DNA from: an uncultured SAR116 cluster alpha proteobacterium
Lineage (GTDB): Bacteria > Pseudomonadota > Alphaproteobacteria > Puniceispirillales > Marisalimonadaceae
Direction of reading: 5' to 3'
Assembly: GCA_902528415.1 (NCBI GenBank)
Contig: CABZSR010000008.1
Coordinates: forward strand, 8,832 to 72,831
Length of the DNA stretch: 64,000 nucleotides
Shown here: one piece after another, positions 61,451-64,000 of the stretch
How the letters are laid out: every line of letters starts with the position of its first letter
Position numbering within the stretch: the stretch's first letter is position 1
Position numbers and translations under genes: made by a program
Notes under the pieces: model-generated
Seen by the model: only the letters and a program-made list of their open reading frames with translations
The model's database searches: none
Told to the model about the DNA's origin: nothing

Positions 61451-62746
61451 ATGAGCCTTTTAAAAATTGGAATTGCAGGTCTAGGGAATGTAGGTGAAGA
61501 GGTTGCATATCAACTTATAAAAGGTTTCAGAGTACAAAAAAATCTTTTTGAATTTGAATTAGTAGCAGTTTCAGCAAAGTCAAAAAATAAAAAAAGAAAA
61601 ATTGACGTGAGTGGTATTAGATTTTTTGATGATCCGCTCAAAATGGCTTCTTCTCAAGATATTGATGTTATAGTCGAATTAATAGGTGGTGATGAAGGAG
61701 TTGCAAAACAACTATGTTTTACAGCATTAGAAAATAAAAAATCTTTAATAACAGCCAACAAAGCATTAATAGCAAAATATGGTAAGCAGCTTGCTGAATT
61801 AGCAGAAAAAAATAATTTATTTTTTTCCTTTGAAGCATCTGTAGCTGGAGGTATTCCTATTTTAAAGCTTATAAGAGAGGGTCTAATTGTAAATGATATT
61901 ACAAAATTAACAGGAATACTGAATGGTACGGCAAATTTCATTTTATCAGAGATGGAATTGGCTGACAAAGGATTTGAAGAGGTTTTAGCTGATGCTCAAA
62001 AAAAAGGTTACGCGGAGGCTGATCCTTCTTTTGATGTAGATGGTATTGACGCAGCTCACAAAACTATAATTTTATCTGCTTTGGCGTATGGGAAAATGCC
62101 AAATTTAGAAGATTTATCCATACAAGGGATAAGAGAAATTTCACTTAATGATATAAAGTACTGTAATGATTTGGGTTATAAGATAAAATTATTAGGGAAC
62201 TCTCTAATTTCAAAAGATCTTAAAGGCAAAGAAGAATTATTTTGTTCAGTTAAGCCTTGGCTTATTGCAAAGAACTTTGGTCTTTCAAATGTTTCTGGTG
62301 TAATTAATGCTGTTCAAATTGAATCAAGCCTAGCTGGTTCTGTTATGATTACAGGAGCTGGAGCGGGCGGTAAACCTACAGCTTCAGCTGTACTGGCAGA
62401 TATAGTAGACATTGCTAACGGAACTAAATTATTTTCATTTGGCAGAAACTCATATGATATAAAAGAAAATTTTAAAACAACACCCTATAGAGAAAAATAT
62501 AAGTTTTACTTAAGGTTAAGTGTCGTTGATAAATCTGGTATTCTTGCTGATTTAACATCTATCTTTAAAGATTATAATATATCTATTGAGAGTGTTATCC
62601 AAAAATCAAATCAAGAAGATAAAACAGCGGAGTTAGTAATTATTACTCACAAAGCTAATAATTCAGTTTTGGAAGATGCATTGACGTCGATAATAAAATT
62701 AGATGGTGTTATTACTAAACCTGTTTGCATAAGCATTTATTCGTAA
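61451..62746 (+). CDS. hom: Homoserine dehydrogenase with ACT domain
   Basis: GLGNVG, TANKAL, EASVAGGIP, GYAEADP, GAGAGGKPTASAV. Confidence 0.96.
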   Translation: MSLLKIGIAGLGNVGEEVAYQLIKGFRVQKNLFEFELVAVSAKSKNKKRKIDVSGIRFFDDPLKMASSQDIDVIVELIGGDEGVAKQLCFTALENKKSLITANKALIAKYGKQLAELAEKNNLFFSFEASVAGGIPILKLIREGLIVNDITKLTGILNGTANFILSEMELADKGFEEVLADAQKKGYAEADPSFDVDGIDAAHKTIILSALAYGKMPNLEDLSIQGIREISLNDIKYCNDLGYKIKLLGNSLISKDLKGKEELFCSVKPWLIAKNFGLSNVSGVINAVQIESSLAGSVMITGAGAGGKPTASAVLADIVDIANGTKLFSFGRNSYDIKENFKTTPYREKYKFYLRLSVVDKSGILADLTSIFKDYNISIESVIQKSNQEDKTAELVIITHKANNSVLEDALTSIIKLDGVITKPVCISIYS

Positions 62747-62766
62747 AATTTTAATAAGTTTTTAAT

Positions 62767-64000
62767 TTGTCCAAAACTATATTATATAATTCTAAAAAAT
62801 CAGTAAGTAATGCTGATTGGAAAATTATTGTTTTAGATGATTTTACTAGAAGATTTGTAGACTATTTATCTCAAAAATATAATTTACCAAATTTTATTTC
62901 TCCATATTTAATGTTTAAAGAAATAAATTTAGACGATTTTGATAATTTTTTTAATCCAAAGCTCAAAAATCTTCTCCCAGAACCCTTTTTATTTAAAGAT
63001 TTAGAAAAAGGTGTCAAAAGGTTGGTAGATGAAGTCGTAAACTCGCGTCCTGTTGGAATTTTTGGAGATTATGACGTAGATGGAGCAACATCTGCTGCTA
63101 TGATATCAAGTTATCTGGAGCAATGTGGTTGTAAAACATTCATCCATATACCAGATAGATTTTTAGAAGGTTATGGCCCAAATGAAAAAGCTTTAAAAGC
63201 TCTTCATGAAAAAGGTTCGGAATTAATCATAACTGTCGATTGTGGTATTTCATCATTTGAACCTTTGCAAGCAATGAACTCTGTTAATATAGATCTAATA
63301 GTGATTGATCATCATATCCCAGATGTAAGATTACCTCCAGCATATGCAATTATTAATCCTAAAAGAGTTGATAATCATAAAGGATATGAAGATTTATGTG
63401 CAGCAGGAGTGACATTTATTTTTCTTATTGGGCTTAATAGGGAACTAAGAAAAAAAGGTTTTTTTAAAAATAAAAAGGAACCTGATTTGTTTCAATTTTT
63501 AGATCTCGTAGCATTGGGGACAGTTTGTGACGTAGTACCTCTAATTAAATTAAATAGGGCATTCGTAAAGCAGGGTCTTTCAATAATGAAAAAAAGAGAA
63601 AATTTTGGCATTAAAGCTCTTTCAGATATTAGTAAATTAAGCAGTGCGCCAAATACTCAAGCTTTAGGGTTTTCATTAGGTCCTAGAATTAATGCTGGGG
63701 GGCGAATTGGTAATAGTGAACTAGGTGTATATCTTTTAAAAGAGACTGATGAAAATAAAGCTTTTGAAATTGCGAGTAAGTTAGATGATTTAAATAAAAA
63801 GCGAAGATTTTTAACTACTGAATTAGAAAGTAAAATTATTGGACAGATTGAAAAAATAATTTCGGAAAATAATAGTGAGGTTCCATCTGCATTAGTTGTT
63901 TATGGTAATGATTTTCATGAAGGTATTATAGGTATTGTTGCTGGTAGAATGAAGGAATTATATAATAGGCCAGTTTGTATAATTGCTATTAATCAACATG
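62767..64000 (+). CDS. recJ: ssDNA-specific exonuclease RecJ (truncated by window end; absent from ORF track)
   Basis: Manual translation from TTG 62767: ...GDYDVDGATS, PDRFLEGYG, TVDCG, IDHH, DLVALGTVCDVV, GPRINAGGR, HEGIIGIVAGR. Confidence 0.95.
   Translation, partial: MSKTILYNSKKSVSNADWKIIVLDDFTRRFVDYLSQKYNLPNFISPYLMFKEINLDDFDNFFNPKLKNLLPEPFLFKDLEKGVKRLVDEVVNSRPVGIFGDYDVDGATSAAMISSYLEQCGCKTFIHIPDRFLEGYGPNEKALKALHEKGSELIITVDCGISSFEPLQAMNSVNIDLIVIDHHIPDVRLPPAYAIINPKRVDNHKGYEDLCAAGVTFIFLIGLNRELRKKGFFKNKKEPDLFQFLDLVALGTVCDVVPLIKLNRAFVKQGLSIMKKRENFGIKALSDISKLSSAPNTQALGFSLGPRINAGGRIGNSELGVYLLKETDENKAFEIASKLDDLNKKRRFLTTELESKIIGQIEKIISENNSEVPSALVVYGNDFHEGIIGIVAGRMKELYNRPVCIIAINQH

Noticed and set aside
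1839-61968. About 35 short ORFs (60-160 aa) overlapping known genes, e.g. 26911-27357, 43510-43986, 57221-57655
   Set aside because: Antisense or alternate-frame shadows of well-supported genes with no motifs of their own
1-64000. CRISPR arrays, rRNA, IS elements, CtrA (TTAA-N7-TTAA) sites
   Set aside because: No repeat-spacer arrays, rRNA or transposases seen; CtrA-like matches cannot be told from background in such AT-rich DNA

Overview
64 kb of a very AT-rich (GC visibly below ~30%), gene-dense alphaproteobacterial chromosome. It probably comes from a streamlined marine lineage; this is inferred from gene order, lpxI, the alpha-type LexA box, an Fe-S-free (6-4) photolyase and TRAP transport. 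Bases 1-11.9 kb are a patchwork of accessory metabolic genes: RraA/HMG aldolase-like, MATE, AA_synth/DUF1185, 2OG-Fe(II) oxygenase, bacterial (6-4) photolyase, enolase-superfamily enzyme, lldD-like, TauE, nitroreductase and a Thr/Ser dehydratase. The only two disrupted genes in the window lie here. The rest is mostly conserved core: dapA-smpB-folK-rpoZ-rel-DUF2062-pdxJ-acpS-lepB-rnc-era-recO-parC; bpt, hemB; proS-lolC/E-lolD-dnaE; rpsB-tsf-pyrH-frr-uppS-cdsA-dxr-rseP-bamA-skp-lpxD-fabZ-lpxA-lpxI-lpxB; trpD-trpC-moaC-moeA-lexA-gltX-gltA; rplM-rpsI-hom-recJ. The best candidate for an undescribed system is the 4-gene unit at 23.8-30.1 kb. It encodes a TakP-type (2-oxoacid) TRAP binding protein, an oversized DctQ that may start at ATT, a DctM with a ~320-aa Cys-bracketed helical extension, and an HpxW-like (oxamate amidohydrolase-type) Ntn hydrolase. 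Non-coding signals include a pseudoknotted rpsB leader, an SOS box at lexA, two strong hairpins and an inverted pair of DnaA-like boxes before rel. No rRNA, tRNA, CRISPR array or mobile element was seen. Family assignments rest on motif recognition and recalled consensus sequences, not on database searches.
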